Shown: piece after piece, positions 37,358 through 46,758 of the stretch
How positions within the stretch are numbered: position 1 is the first letter of the stretch
Layout of the letters: each line of letters starts with the position of its first letter
Source: Marine group II euryarchaeote REDSEA-S11_B3N4
GTDB taxonomy: Archaea > Thermoplasmatota > Poseidoniia > Poseidoniales > Thalassarchaeaceae
DNA length: 64,000 nucleotides
Direction: 5' to 3'
NCBI GenBank assembly: GCA_001628485.1
Contig: LURR01000017.1
Location: 2,599-66,598, forward strand
Notes under the pieces: generated by a model
What the model saw: the letters and a program-made list of their open reading frames with translations, nothing else
Told to the model about the DNA's origin: nothing
Database searches by the model: none
Made by a program: the position numbers and the translations under genes

Positions 37358-38725
37358 CTAAGACCTAGAGAAAGCTGGATTTTCTCCTACTAAGTCCATC
37401 TCCCACCCTTCTTCGACTGATTCCTTCCCACCCACAGATAGGAGGTGGTGAAGCTTTACCAGAGCAGAGCCCGGTGGGCATAGAGAGCCGTGCCCGATGA
37501 TCCCTATCTCTTTCTGGTCTCTTCCCTTAGAGTACACGTTCATATTCACAGGACCGTGAATAGTATTGGTCACCATCACAACAACTCCTCCCTCAGAGAT
37601 GTGATCTTCAAGCATCACCCTTAGTCTGGTGTTCTCCAGACTGTCTTCTTCGGGATCGGATATGGGCAGGTGCCCCAAACCAGTTCCATGGAAAAGCAGA
37701 GCATCGAAGCCGGCGTCTATGGCTCCCTGAACCTGATCAGGATGTAGGTGTGGGTCTGAAATGAATTGCGCAATACGAACGGACTCATCGAACTGCTTCG
37801 GAGCCATTGCCTCCACCCGAGCGTCATGCGCCTCTGGCGAGTAATCTATGGACACGCCATCTCCGTCTATATCTACGAATGCGAGAGCCTCCTGGTTGAT
37901 TGGCTTGAATGCGTCCCTACGCGAGGAGTGGTACTTCCTGCAAGCACATCCCGGAAGTACAGCGCACCTACCGTCCGAGGAGCTCGCATGTACAATCACC
38001 ACAGACGAGTCGCGGTATCCAGAAGGAGCTGGACCATGGGCTGCCCAATGTACCGAGGCGATTAGATTCTCAGTCGCATCTGAAGAGCCTCTATCCGGAG
38101 ATCTCTGCGACCCTGTCAGGACGATTCTACCGGGTGGCCTACCTCCTTGGCCGGCCCACCCGTATGACATGGCTGCTGAGGATATGTGCAGGGTATCTGT
38201 TCCATGGGTGATGACGCAACCAACCGCTCCCTCGGCGAAAGCCTCCTCGGTAGCTTTCAGCATCCTGTTCCAGTGCCTTGGTCTAAGATCGTCTGACCAC
38301 ATGTTTCCAAGCTTGACTGCTCGTATCCTCGCTATCTTTCGAAGTTCGGGCACGGCATCCAGTAACTCGTGTGGGTCGAATCTTGCAGTGACCGCACCTG
38401 TGGCATAGTCTACCTTGCTGGCTATGGTCCCACCTGTGTGTATCAGATGGACAAGTGGCAGAGTCTCGTCCTGGGGTTCGATCTCGCTGGCGTCTTCCTC
38501 TATGTGAGGCACATCTTCCAGGACTTCGAATGAGTCAACGTATGACTCAGGGAATGAAACGTTGTACCCGTTCTGTAGTTTCATTGTGATTAGTTTAGGC
38601 CCGGAACTAGGTAGTGCAAGTCCACTATGCTCCACCTTTCCGGACCAGGTCTTGACCACAAGCCTCACCGGCACTCCGGGCTTTGGCCAACCCTCCATGC
38701 AAGAGGGCAGAGAGCCTCGGCCCAT
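37358..38725 (-). CDS. gatD: Glutamyl-tRNA(Gln) amidotransferase subunit D (asparaginase-like)
   Basis: About 90-aa N-terminal GatD domain then asparaginase motif LVHLIHTGGTIASKVDYATG. ORF nominally opens at 38800 but that would overlap the tRNA-Met 3' end; Met at 38725 (or 38698) is used. No gatE adjacent. Confidence 0.75.
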   Translation of the reverse strand: MGRGSLPSCMEGWPKPGVPVRLVVKTWSGKVEHSGLALPSSGPKLITMKLQNGYNVSFPESYVDSFEVLEDVPHIEEDASEIEPQDETLPLVHLIHTGGTIASKVDYATGAVTARFDPHELLDAVPELRKIARIRAVKLGNMWSDDLRPRHWNRMLKATEEAFAEGAVGCVITHGTDTLHISSAAMSYGWAGQGGRPPGRIVLTGSQRSPDRGSSDATENLIASVHWAAHGPAPSGYRDSSVVIVHASSSDGRCAVLPGCACRKYHSSRRDAFKPINQEALAFVDIDGDGVSIDYSPEAHDARVEAMAPKQFDESVRIAQFISDPHLHPDQVQGAIDAGFDALLFHGTGLGHLPISDPEEDSLENTRLRVMLEDHISEGGVVVMVTNTIHGPVNMNVYSKGRDQKEIGIIGHGSLCPPGSALVKLHHLLSVGGKESVEEGWEMDLVGENPAFSRS

Positions 38726-38750
38726 CAATGGCTCGCTTCCAGTTTGGTAT

Positions 38751-38879
38751 TGGTGCCGGGAGCGGGACTTGAACCCGCGACCTTCGGATGACTCAGGCAT
38801 CTCGAAGGGGGCCTACGGCGTGAACGTGCCTTTCGGCTGCCCTATGAGTCCGACGCGCTACCAACTACGCCACCCCGGC
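38751..38879 (-). tRNA. tRNA-Met/Ile2 (anticodon CAT) with a 53-nt intron at canonical position 37/38, CCA encoded
   Basis: Revcomp: GCCGGGGTGGCGTAGTTGGTAGCGCGTCGGACTCATA[GGGCAGCCGAAAGGCACGTTCACGCCGTAGGCCCCCTTCGAGATGCCTGAGTC]ATCCGAAGGTCGCGGGTTCAAGTCCCGCTCCCGGCACCA. All four stems pair after intron removal. G1-C72, so not an initiator. Confidence 0.8.
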
Positions 38880-38960
38880 ATAGCAATAGGGCGAACGAAG
38901 AGCCCATTTGAGTATTGCCGGTGATTATCGCCCGACAATCGCTTCACACGTAGGGTTGAT

Positions 38961-39926
38961 GTGTCGCCTTCCCTCGCCATAATCATAATGGTCGATGTCG
39001 ATACAGCCCTAAGGGCCAGCGCCTATTCAGGCAAGAAGGGCACTGGGGGCAAAGGAGGAGGCAAGAAGTCTTCTGCCCTTGAGCCATTCGACCCCTCCTC
39101 GCATGCAGAGAAGGAGAAGGCAGATGCGGTCTCCATGTGGATAGTGATTTTCTTCGGACTCTCGGTTGCATTGTTGATGAGATTCTACATGATGCCTGGA
39201 ATGAATGGGACGAAACAGATACTCTGGCTTCTCCCCTTGCTGATGATCTCTCTAATTCGGCCTATCCACCAGGCTTTCGTCCCGCTAAGATTCTTTGAAC
39301 TATACACAACTGGGAATTGGGTTAGGTCTTCGTTTCTGTATATTTTCACATGGCTCGCCCTGTCATTCGCACTGGTCAACCCTCCTCTGGCGGATATCGC
39401 TGCACCCCATCTTGCTGGAGCAATAGACATTGCAACTACAGAGGGAATATCAGACTCGGACTTGGATGGCTCTGTCTACGAGATCAGAATCTCCCAGGAT
39501 TCTATCCCGGTGTTGCTTGGTCTAGCAGTCAGGGATAACGTTGACGCCGAGAACTCAACCATGAATCTTACAATCCAGAAGGTAGGTCAAATGGAGCCGA
39601 TCGTCAACGTCTCCGGTTTAGTATCAGAGATAGCCTCAGATGGATCTAACGGACTTTCTCCCTCTGATACTTTCGAATCTGTAGATGATGAAGAATGGGT
39701 GAGGGGGCTTCGGAAGAACTCACTTACAGGGGGTTTCTTGGGGCCAAAGGTGGCCCCACACTCGCAGGATATCTCCATGGCGTGGGATCTTTGCCCCAGT
39801 GGGTGTGGCCCCGGGGACTATCTGATTCAAATCTCACTGACTGAGATTAATGATATGGTTCCTTGGCAAGACGGAGAGAACACTTGGCAGAGGGAGTACA
39901 CACTCAGAATTTTGCAGTCATCCTAA
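38961..39926 (+). CDS. Hypothetical membrane protein (Lys/Gly-rich N-terminus, 3-4 TM helices, acidic C-terminal domain)
   Basis: GKKGTGGKGGGKKSS then hydrophobic helices. No family recognised. Confidence 0.4.
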   Translation: MSPSLAIIIMVDVDTALRASAYSGKKGTGGKGGGKKSSALEPFDPSSHAEKEKADAVSMWIVIFFGLSVALLMRFYMMPGMNGTKQILWLLPLLMISLIRPIHQAFVPLRFFELYTTGNWVRSSFLYIFTWLALSFALVNPPLADIAAPHLAGAIDIATTEGISDSDLDGSVYEIRISQDSIPVLLGLAVRDNVDAENSTMNLTIQKVGQMEPIVNVSGLVSEIASDGSNGLSPSDTFESVDDEEWVRGLRKNSLTGGFLGPKVAPHSQDISMAWDLCPSGCGPGDYLIQISLTEINDMVPWQDGENTWQREYTLRILQSS

Positions 39927-40879
39927 TTTCCAAGCATACTACAGATTCTAGCCGCCATCGCATCTAGTTGAAGGGATTCTCCCCCCCCTTCTACCATTCT
40001 GAAGTCACATTCTGCCATAGCTTCAGTCACTTTGAGCTTCTGCGGTTCGTCTAGGAAGGTGACTTTACCTAGCTCTCTATGAAGTTGGTTTACCAGGTCA
40101 GTTCCGGCAAGCCCGAAGCGATCTAGTATCTCTCTCATTCTCCTCCTGGCAGGCTGGAAACCATCCTCTTTGCAGGCAAGGAAGAATCCATGTAACTCCT
40201 CTGGTGGGGCGGTGGCTGTTGTTTCGTAAACGAGGTCTCGAGTTACGTGGGAATCTAGCGATGCAGCTACCTGTAGGGACGTAATCGCCTTCCTTAGATC
40301 GCCCAGGCTAACATCTGCAATCGCTCTTGCAGCCGTCTCCTCCAGCTCAACCCCTTCGCTATTAGCTACTTCCATGACCTTCTCCAGAACCTTCTCGCTA
40401 TCTAGAGGTCTGAATCTGAAGACTGCGCATCGGGATTGTATCGCCTCCACGATTTTCGAAGAGTAGTTACAGGAAAGTATGAACCTACACGTCTCCGCAA
40501 ACTGCTCCATTATTCTCCTCAGGGCACCCTGGGCGTCAGAGGTCAGAGCGTCGGCCTCATCGAGAAATATCACCTTGAAAGAAGTCCCTGGCATGGGGGC
40601 GGTTCGGGCGAATTGCTTGACCTTGGTACGTATCGATTCCAACTTCCTCTCATCGCTGGCATTCATCTCCAGAAGGTTGTTTCTGAACCCGTCACCGAAT
40701 ACATCTCTGGTCAGTGCCAGAGCAGCGGTCGTCTTTCCTGTTCCAGGTGGTCCAGCGAACATTAGGTGGGGGAATGTTTTGGATTCCGAGTAAGCGCTTA
40801 GCCTATCCACAACTGCCCTCTGTCCCTTCATCTCGCTCACAGAACGCGGTCTGTGCCTCTCAACCCACAACTCACTCAT
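39923..40879 (-). CDS. rfcS: Replication factor C small subunit
   Basis: WVERHRPRSVSEMKGQ, Walker A FAGPPGTGKTT, DEAD-like FLDEADALT, SRC motif QSRCAVFRF. 318 aa, no intein. Confidence 0.9.
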   Translation of the reverse strand: MSELWVERHRPRSVSEMKGQRAVVDRLSAYSESKTFPHLMFAGPPGTGKTTAALALTRDVFGDGFRNNLLEMNASDERKLESIRTKVKQFARTAPMPGTSFKVIFLDEADALTSDAQGALRRIMEQFAETCRFILSCNYSSKIVEAIQSRCAVFRFRPLDSEKVLEKVMEVANSEGVELEETAARAIADVSLGDLRKAITSLQVAASLDSHVTRDLVYETTATAPPEELHGFFLACKEDGFQPARRRMREILDRFGLAGTDLVNQLHRELGKVTFLDEPQKLKVTEAMAECDFRMVEGGGESLQLDAMAARICSMLGN

Positions 40880-40938
40880 GATGACCTAACTCGACCCGTT
40901 GGCGGGCGTCCTTGAAGGTTGGGGACGCAAATCCAGAA

Positions 40939-41793
40939 TCAGTAGCTCTCTTCTTCTGCGGGGAAGGAACCTCCCCTGACATCATCGATGTAATCCCTAA
41001 CAGCCTTGTCAACTGCGCCTCCCACGTCAGAATATCGTCTTAGGAACCTAGGTGAGAAATCCTTGGTAATCCCAAGCATGTCGTGAAGGACTAGAACCTG
41101 TCCATCGCAGTGGGGCCCGGCACCAATCCCGATTGTGGGGATATCGAGGGTTTCACTGACCTTCTTTGCTAGGTCCGCAGGAATCTTCTCGAAGACTACC
41201 GAGAAACAACCTGCCTCCTGAAGGGCCATCGCGTCTTCCATCAACTTATTCGCCTCGGCCTCCTCCTTCGCTCTGACTGAGTAAGTTCCGAACTTGTAAA
41301 TCGACTGGGGGGTCAGACCGAGATGCCCCATTACGGGGATTCCTGCAGTTAGGATTCTTTTTACGGAGTCTACTATTTCCTTGCCGCCCTCGATTTTTAC
41401 TGCATGACCGCCGGACTGCTTCATTATTCTGATAGCGCTCTTCAGTGCAAGCTTCGAATCGCCTTGATAGCTGCCGAATGGCATATCCACGACTACCAAG
41501 GCTCTGTCCACGGCATTCACGACGCACTGAGCGTGGTAGATCATGTGTTCCAGAGTTATGGGGACCGTAGTGTCATTTCCCGCCATCACGTTTGAAGCAG
41601 AGTCGCCAACGAGTATCACGTCCACTCCGGCTCCGTCAACAAGCCTTGCTAGGGAATAGTCGTAGGCGGTGAGCATTGCTATTTTCTCATTCGAACGCTT
41701 CATTTCTTGCAATATGTGCGTAGTCACCTTCTTCGCTCTGCTGGAGACCACTTGCTCACCCTGTAGTATTCCCAGCACGGTTGCTGACTTCAA
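40939..41793 (-). CDS. panB: 3-methyl-2-oxobutanoate hydroxymethyltransferase (ketopantoate hydroxymethyltransferase)
   Basis: [62 protein letters not shown]. Confidence 0.9.
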   Translation of the reverse strand: MKSATVLGILQGEQVVSSRAKKVTTHILQEMKRSNEKIAMLTAYDYSLARLVDGAGVDVILVGDSASNVMAGNDTTVPITLEHMIYHAQCVVNAVDRALVVVDMPFGSYQGDSKLALKSAIRIMKQSGGHAVKIEGGKEIVDSVKRILTAGIPVMGHLGLTPQSIYKFGTYSVRAKEEAEANKLMEDAMALQEAGCFSVVFEKIPADLAKKVSETLDIPTIGIGAGPHCDGQVLVLHDMLGITKDFSPRFLRRYSDVGGAVDKAVRDYIDDVRGGSFPAEEESY

Positions 41794-41809
41794 ACATGCG
41801 CACGAAGTT

Positions 41810-43540
41810 TCAACCCTCTGGCTCTATCTCACGAGCAACATCAAGAAACTCCTCGATACTAATCAGTCCGTCTTTGTCAGTGTCTCCTTTGCCGAAAACA
41901 TCCCCGATCAACTGGTCTCCTCGGCGATTTCTGGTTTTCGAGAGAACTATGGCATCGTCGGGAATGTTTGGCCCCCCTCCTTCGATGTATCCTAGAGCCT
42001 TGAAAGCGCTGACGAATTGGTCTAGATCCAACTGCCCATCTCCCTCTGCATCGGCATCGTAGAATGCAGCGAACAATCTTCTCCTCTCAGCTTCGTTTGA
42101 ATTAGTAAGCATCAGCCTCACAGTTTCCCAGGGAGTAATCTGTGCATCCACCCTACTTCTGCCATAGCCGTTGTAGATGATCAATCCCAGAACTATCGCC
42201 GCCGAGGCTCCAACCAGGGACTTCGAACCCATCAAATAAAGCAAGGCCCCCCCTCCGAAGATACCAAACAACTGTACCGCGGGATATAGGGGCCAAGGTG
42301 TCTTCCACTGTGGATCGTACCATGTGTGCGAATCCGATGAGGTCCTAAGCACTATCACACATCCATTTATGAGCATGAATATCATTATCTTGAATCCAGA
42401 TGCGAGTTCAGCGACATCATGAACAGGAAGGAATGTTATCGCCAGACCCATAGCCACTCCCGTCCCAATTATTGCCCAATGAGGAGTCCCAAATCTCTGA
42501 TGGACACTCTCAAGAAAAGGAGGAAGTAGATTATCTCTGGACATCGCAAATGGGAATCTCGATGAAGCAAGAATACCCGCTAAAGCCATTGAAGTCATGG
42601 TCACGACAGCGAGAATTGCAGCGATCTTTCCAACGGTCTCTCCTCCTACTGCCTCAGCGAAGATGTATATTGGATCCTCGCTAGCGCCGTGTTCGCCATG
42701 CATGTATTCAGAGGGGGAAACTGCAGCCGCCATTACCATAGTGACCAAAACGTACAGCAGACAGCTGAATAGTAGCGAAAGAAGAATCCCATACGGAAGG
42801 TTCCTCTCGGGGTTCTTGACCTCTCCGCCCACTGCAGCGATTTTGGTCACACCAGCGTAGGAGACAAACACAAATGCCGATGTAGCGGCAACATCCTCCC
42901 AACTCCCAAAAGAATCCTTGGAAGAAACAGCACTCCAATCCAGATCATGGTATGCAATCGCATAAACGCACAGAGCGAATAGGTAAGCTGCGGAAAATAT
43001 CACGATTGGAATCTGTACCTTCTTGATCTTCTTCACACCAAGGATGTTTATTCCGACGATGATCGCTAGGAGTAGGATTGCAGCCGCCTCTATATCGATA
43101 TCCATCCCCAGCAAATCCTCTATTACCCAGAGATAGGCTTTGAAGCCAATTAATGCGAATGCAGACTTTAGCATGAAATTGGCCCACAAACCCAGACCTG
43201 CTACAGTTCCTATGAGGGGGCCGAAGGTCTTCTGCACGTACACGTAAGAGCCACCCGATGTGGGCATAGCTGTTGACAGCTCTGACTTTGAGACGGCACC
43301 AGGAATTACGAGAACTGCAGCAACTAGGTAAGCCAGCCAGACGCCCCCTAGTGGGATATCTCCGCCTCCAAGTTCTAGCATGGCGAGAGCAGGAAGCACG
43401 AAAAGTCCAGATCCTATCATTGCGGACAAAGAGATAATTATCACCGAAAATAGCCCTATCTTCCTTTCCAGTCCGTCAGACTCCGTATCCTTGGGAGTCA
43501 ACACTATTCCTACTAGGTCCTCTGGACCGTAGTGACGCAT
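41810..43540 (-). CDS. APC-superfamily amino-acid permease fused to a C-terminal EF-hand pair
   Basis: 12 TM helices with GSGLFVLPA motif. C-terminal loops [12 protein letters not shown] and a canonical [15 protein letters not shown] nominally extends to 43651. Confidence 0.8.
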   Translation of the reverse strand: MRHYGPEDLVGIVLTPKDTESDGLERKIGLFSVIIISLSAMIGSGLFVLPALAMLELGGGDIPLGGVWLAYLVAAVLVIPGAVSKSELSTAMPTSGGSYVYVQKTFGPLIGTVAGLGLWANFMLKSAFALIGFKAYLWVIEDLLGMDIDIEAAAILLLAIIVGINILGVKKIKKVQIPIVIFSAAYLFALCVYAIAYHDLDWSAVSSKDSFGSWEDVAATSAFVFVSYAGVTKIAAVGGEVKNPERNLPYGILLSLLFSCLLYVLVTMVMAAAVSPSEYMHGEHGASEDPIYIFAEAVGGETVGKIAAILAVVTMTSMALAGILASSRFPFAMSRDNLLPPFLESVHQRFGTPHWAIIGTGVAMGLAITFLPVHDVAELASGFKIMIFMLINGCVIVLRTSSDSHTWYDPQWKTPWPLYPAVQLFGIFGGGALLYLMGSKSLVGASAAIVLGLIIYNGYGRSRVDAQITPWETVRLMLTNSNEAERRRLFAAFYDADAEGDGQLDLDQFVSAFKALGYIEGGGPNIPDDAIVLSKTRNRRGDQLIGDVFGKGDTDKDGLISIEEFLDVAREIEPEG

Positions 43541-43617
43541 GATTTGACGGCCCCACACACCCCAGTTGAAGGTTCTGCATACCCAATGGTTAGATACTCT
43601 TTCCAAACCGAGCAGAC

Positions 43618-44106
43618 ATGGTTGACACAATTGAACATGGAACAATTGCATCAGTGCATTACACTGGAACTTTCGCAGAGGGGGGAGAGTTCGATAGCAG
43701 CAGAGGAAAGGATCCCTTGGTTTTCATAGTTGGCTACGGGCAGATGATTACTGGATTCGAGAGAGAGATGCTAGGGGCTAAGGTGGGCGAGAAGAGGGAG
43801 TTCACTTTGTCGCCTGAAGATGCTTACGGGGAGAGAATAGAGGATGCTATTCAGAAGGTTGAGAGGGAAAACTTTCCTGAGAATATGGAGCTTGAAGTCG
43901 GAATGGTCGTTGGTGCCCATAGTGATCAGGGCCCGATTCAATTCACTATTGTCGAGATAGATGAAGAAGTGGTCACTGCTGACTTCAATCACCAGATGGC
44001 CGGTAGAACCCTAAGATTCGAAGTAGAAGTCGTTGACATTCGGGCGGCTTCCGAAGAAGAACTGGCTCATGGGCATGTCCATGGACCCGGTGGCGTAGAT
44101 CACTGA
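43618..44106 (+). CDS. slyD: FKBP-type peptidyl-prolyl isomerase with IF (chaperone) insert, SlyD-like, His-rich C-terminus
   Basis: VHYTGTFAEGGEFDSS...LVFIVGYGQMITGFE, insert domain, C-terminal HGHVHGPGG. Confidence 0.85.
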   Translation: MVDTIEHGTIASVHYTGTFAEGGEFDSSRGKDPLVFIVGYGQMITGFEREMLGAKVGEKREFTLSPEDAYGERIEDAIQKVERENFPENMELEVGMVVGAHSDQGPIQFTIVEIDEEVVTADFNHQMAGRTLRFEVEVVDIRAASEEELAHGHVHGPGGVDH

Positions 44107-44149
44107 ATTATTCAGAAGAGTTATGTTCCGCTCCAATAATTAAACCAAG

Positions 44150-45178
44150 ATGAGGAGGCAAGCAGCGCTCGCGGTTACTCTTCTTTTTGTCTCCTCCTTC
44201 ACCGGGTGCTTCGGGGTAGAATCAAACGGCAATCTCTTCAACGAAGACGACGAAAAAGAGCCACTTCGCATTAATCACATACAGATGAAGGGAACTCATA
44301 ACTCGTACCACGTTGAACCTCTGTTCTCCCCAACCAGGGAATACATGTATACTCACCAAACTCTTGACTTGCAGGCCTCCCAACAAGGGGTAAGGCAGTT
44401 CGAATTAGATGTGTGGTGGGACGTAAGAGGTAGCCTCAGAGTCTACCACAACCAGTACGACTCCGGAACAACATGCCCGACATTCGAGGATTGCCTAGGT
44501 ACGTTGCTCGAATGGTCGAACGCGAATCCTATGCATCACCCCTTGTTCATCTGGGTTGAGCCCAAGGATTGGCCTGAGCAGGCTGCCGATGTGACAACCA
44601 CTCTGGAAATTTCCGGGCTCCTGGGAGACATTGAGCAGGAAATATCGAATTTCTGGCCCCTGAACAAGACAATCACGCCCGACGATGTTAGGGGGGACGG
44701 TGACAACCTCCGTGATGCGATCGGGGAAAATGGCTGGCCCCTGCTAGAGCAGAGTAGGGGCAAGGCCATCTTCGTTTTGTTAGCGAGGGGGCAGACTAGG
44801 GATTTGTACATCCAAGACTACCCGGGATTAATCGGAGCTAGGATGTTCACTCTCTCAGAAGAAGGTAGCGAAGAGGCTGCAATATTCTCAATTACCGACC
44901 CCGTAGGCAATGGTGAGGATATTACCAGATTGGTTTCCGAGGGATACATAGTTCGAAGTAGGGCGGACAGCGGGGGTGAGGAGGCCGATAACAACGACAC
45001 TTCCAGGAGAGACGCAGCAATTGCAGTCGGTGCTCACAGCATTTCCACGGACTATCCAGCCAAGGTGGATGGGCTCGAGTACTGGGTCTCAATTCCAGAT
45101 GGGAACCCAAGTAGATGCAACCCCATATCCTCGCCTGCTTGGTGCACTTCTGACAGCATCGAGGACATATCTCAATGA
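44150..45178 (+). CDS. Secreted/lipoprotein PLC-like phosphodiesterase (PI-PLC X-domain-like TIM barrel)
   Basis: Signal peptide with lipobox-like FTGC, catalytic-His motif QMKGTHNSYH, (beta/alpha) barrel pattern. Confidence 0.5.
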   Translation: MRRQAALAVTLLFVSSFTGCFGVESNGNLFNEDDEKEPLRINHIQMKGTHNSYHVEPLFSPTREYMYTHQTLDLQASQQGVRQFELDVWWDVRGSLRVYHNQYDSGTTCPTFEDCLGTLLEWSNANPMHHPLFIWVEPKDWPEQAADVTTTLEISGLLGDIEQEISNFWPLNKTITPDDVRGDGDNLRDAIGENGWPLLEQSRGKAIFVLLARGQTRDLYIQDYPGLIGARMFTLSEEGSEEAAIFSITDPVGNGEDITRLVSEGYIVRSRADSGGEEADNNDTSRRDAAIAVGAHSISTDYPAKVDGLEYWVSIPDGNPSRCNPISSPAWCTSDSIEDISQ

Positions 45179-45829
45179 TCATGCCCTTGCAATGACCTTC
45201 AACTCGATGGCAATTGAAGTTGGCAGAGCTTCGACTGAAACGGTGGTCCTTGCTGGAAGAATCTCAGAGAAGTACTCCGCGTAAACCTCGTTGTACTCCT
45301 GGAAATCTCTTTCCATGTCCGTCAGGAAGACTAGGACATCAACGATATCTTCCAGACCGAGCCCATATTCTTCGAGAATCGCCCTGATGTTACCAATTAC
45401 TGCGTGTGTCTGCGCTCTAATGTCATACTCCAGAGGATTTCCAGCCTCATCCTTTATTGGTCCTCCGGGTATTTCATTTGTCCCAGGCTGCCGGGGACCC
45501 ATACCGCTAACGAAGACTAGGTCCCCTACTCTGCGTAAATGAGGATAAGCTCCAACTGCCGCGGGGCCTCCCTCTGCGATGAAGGCTCCATCCTCACTGG
45601 TAAGCTTCCCAGCCGCCTTCCGTCCAACTACCGCTCCCAACACGCCTCCTACGGGACCACCAACCGCCACGCCAGCAGCTGCTCCCAGAGCACCTCCAGC
45701 AGATCTCGCAAGAGACTGCCCAACCTCGTCGTAAACCTTCTCGACCGCGTCAGCAGGAGCAGAGACAATCCCTTCAACCATCTTCTTCCTTTTTTCCTCA
45801 GTCGTCATTTGCTCCTCATCTTCCATCAC
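45179..45829 (-). CDS. RidA/YjgF-family (enamine/imine deaminase-like) protein with Gly/Ala-rich N-terminal extension
   Basis: C-terminal ~130 aa VGDLVFVSGMGPR...RTTVSVEALPTSIAIELKVIA is the chorismate-mutase-like RidA fold. N-terminal GAAAGVAVGGPVGGVLGAVVG glycine-zipper-like segment. Confidence 0.7.
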   Translation of the reverse strand: MMEDEEQMTTEEKRKKMVEGIVSAPADAVEKVYDEVGQSLARSAGGALGAAAGVAVGGPVGGVLGAVVGRKAAGKLTSEDGAFIAEGGPAAVGAYPHLRRVGDLVFVSGMGPRQPGTNEIPGGPIKDEAGNPLEYDIRAQTHAVIGNIRAILEEYGLGLEDIVDVLVFLTDMERDFQEYNEVYAEYFSEILPARTTVSVEALPTSIAIELKVIARA

Positions 45830-46749
45830 AAGGCCCCCGTATTCAATACTCCTCGATCACCATGGTAATGTTCCACATCGTCCTCGTCAAACTCCTTGTC
45901 TCCTACAGAGCCTTTCGATGGAGTCAGAACGACAACCGCACCTCCCGAGCCATGAAGTGCCTCATAGGCCAAAACCTCGCCTCTGTAGTTGTTGTTTTGG
46001 CCCATTGTAGCGGACATCCACCAAGCTGGCTTGTAAGCCACGACCTTTTGCACTCTAATCTGCCCATGGATCTCTCTCGAAAGCTGACTTAGGTCCTCCA
46101 GCCTGCCGTCTCCGAAGAACTCCAGGATTTTCTTGTTCCACTCGTCATCCTTAGCAGAGTGTATCCGGTCCTCTGCAGGGTCGATGTGCTCCGTGAACAT
46201 CCTGTTTGAAAGGCTGGAAACTACCACTACAACTGCCTTCTTGCCCTGAGCGGCAATCGCATCACGCGCAGACTTGCCCAGAACAATCGTTTCAGCCCTA
46301 TTTGCATACATGTTACTGGATACGATACATGCAGGAATCCTGTTATCTGGGTTTAGAAGCTTGAGCGCAACAATCGAGCCTGTGTCTATCGGGAAACCAT
46401 CGTAAGCCACCGTTCTAGATTGTAGCCCTCTCGATTCTGCAGACTCTCTGAATTTCTCGGCAAACTCTGTGTCCATCTTGAACTTGTATGGCATGCTACC
46501 CAGGTAGTGGAAGTCATCGTCCACATGCACCCATTCCGGCTCGGGATGTCCCTGTATCTGGTGGCCAATGATGCTAGGCCATGTCGTCGAGTAAACCAGT
46601 ATCAGGTCTGCCTCGCTTTCCTCGATCCTTTTCCTGCATGTCTCGAATGCATCCCTTAGTTTCCCATATCCCTCACTTGCTTCTGGTGATAGAAGTGGTT
46701 GTGGGTGGGGCGGACAGTAAATCCCGAAAAGAATCTCTGGATCTGACAT
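45826..46749 (-). CDS. LigB-family (class III extradiol dioxygenase) homologue lacking catalytic His residues; alpha-like, probably non-catalytic subunit
   Basis: LigB-fold N-terminus GIYCPPHPQPL. Positions equivalent to LigB His61 and His195 read T and N (STTWPSIIG; SSLSNRM). Confidence 0.55.
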   Translation of the reverse strand: MSDPEILFGIYCPPHPQPLLSPEASEGYGKLRDAFETCRKRIEESEADLILVYSTTWPSIIGHQIQGHPEPEWVHVDDDFHYLGSMPYKFKMDTEFAEKFRESAESRGLQSRTVAYDGFPIDTGSIVALKLLNPDNRIPACIVSSNMYANRAETIVLGKSARDAIAAQGKKAVVVVVSSLSNRMFTEHIDPAEDRIHSAKDDEWNKKILEFFGDGRLEDLSQLSREIHGQIRVQKVVAYKPAWWMSATMGQNNNYRGEVLAYEALHGSGGAVVVLTPSKGSVGDKEFDEDDVEHYHGDRGVLNTGAL

Positions 46750-46758
46750 TTAATCACC

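Noticed and set aside
38794-38846. Possible C/D box guide RNA embedded in the tRNA-Met intron (by analogy with tRNA-Trp introns of other archaea)
   Set aside because: Only a single CUGA is visible and no RUGAUGA C box. The intron is called but not an embedded sRNA.
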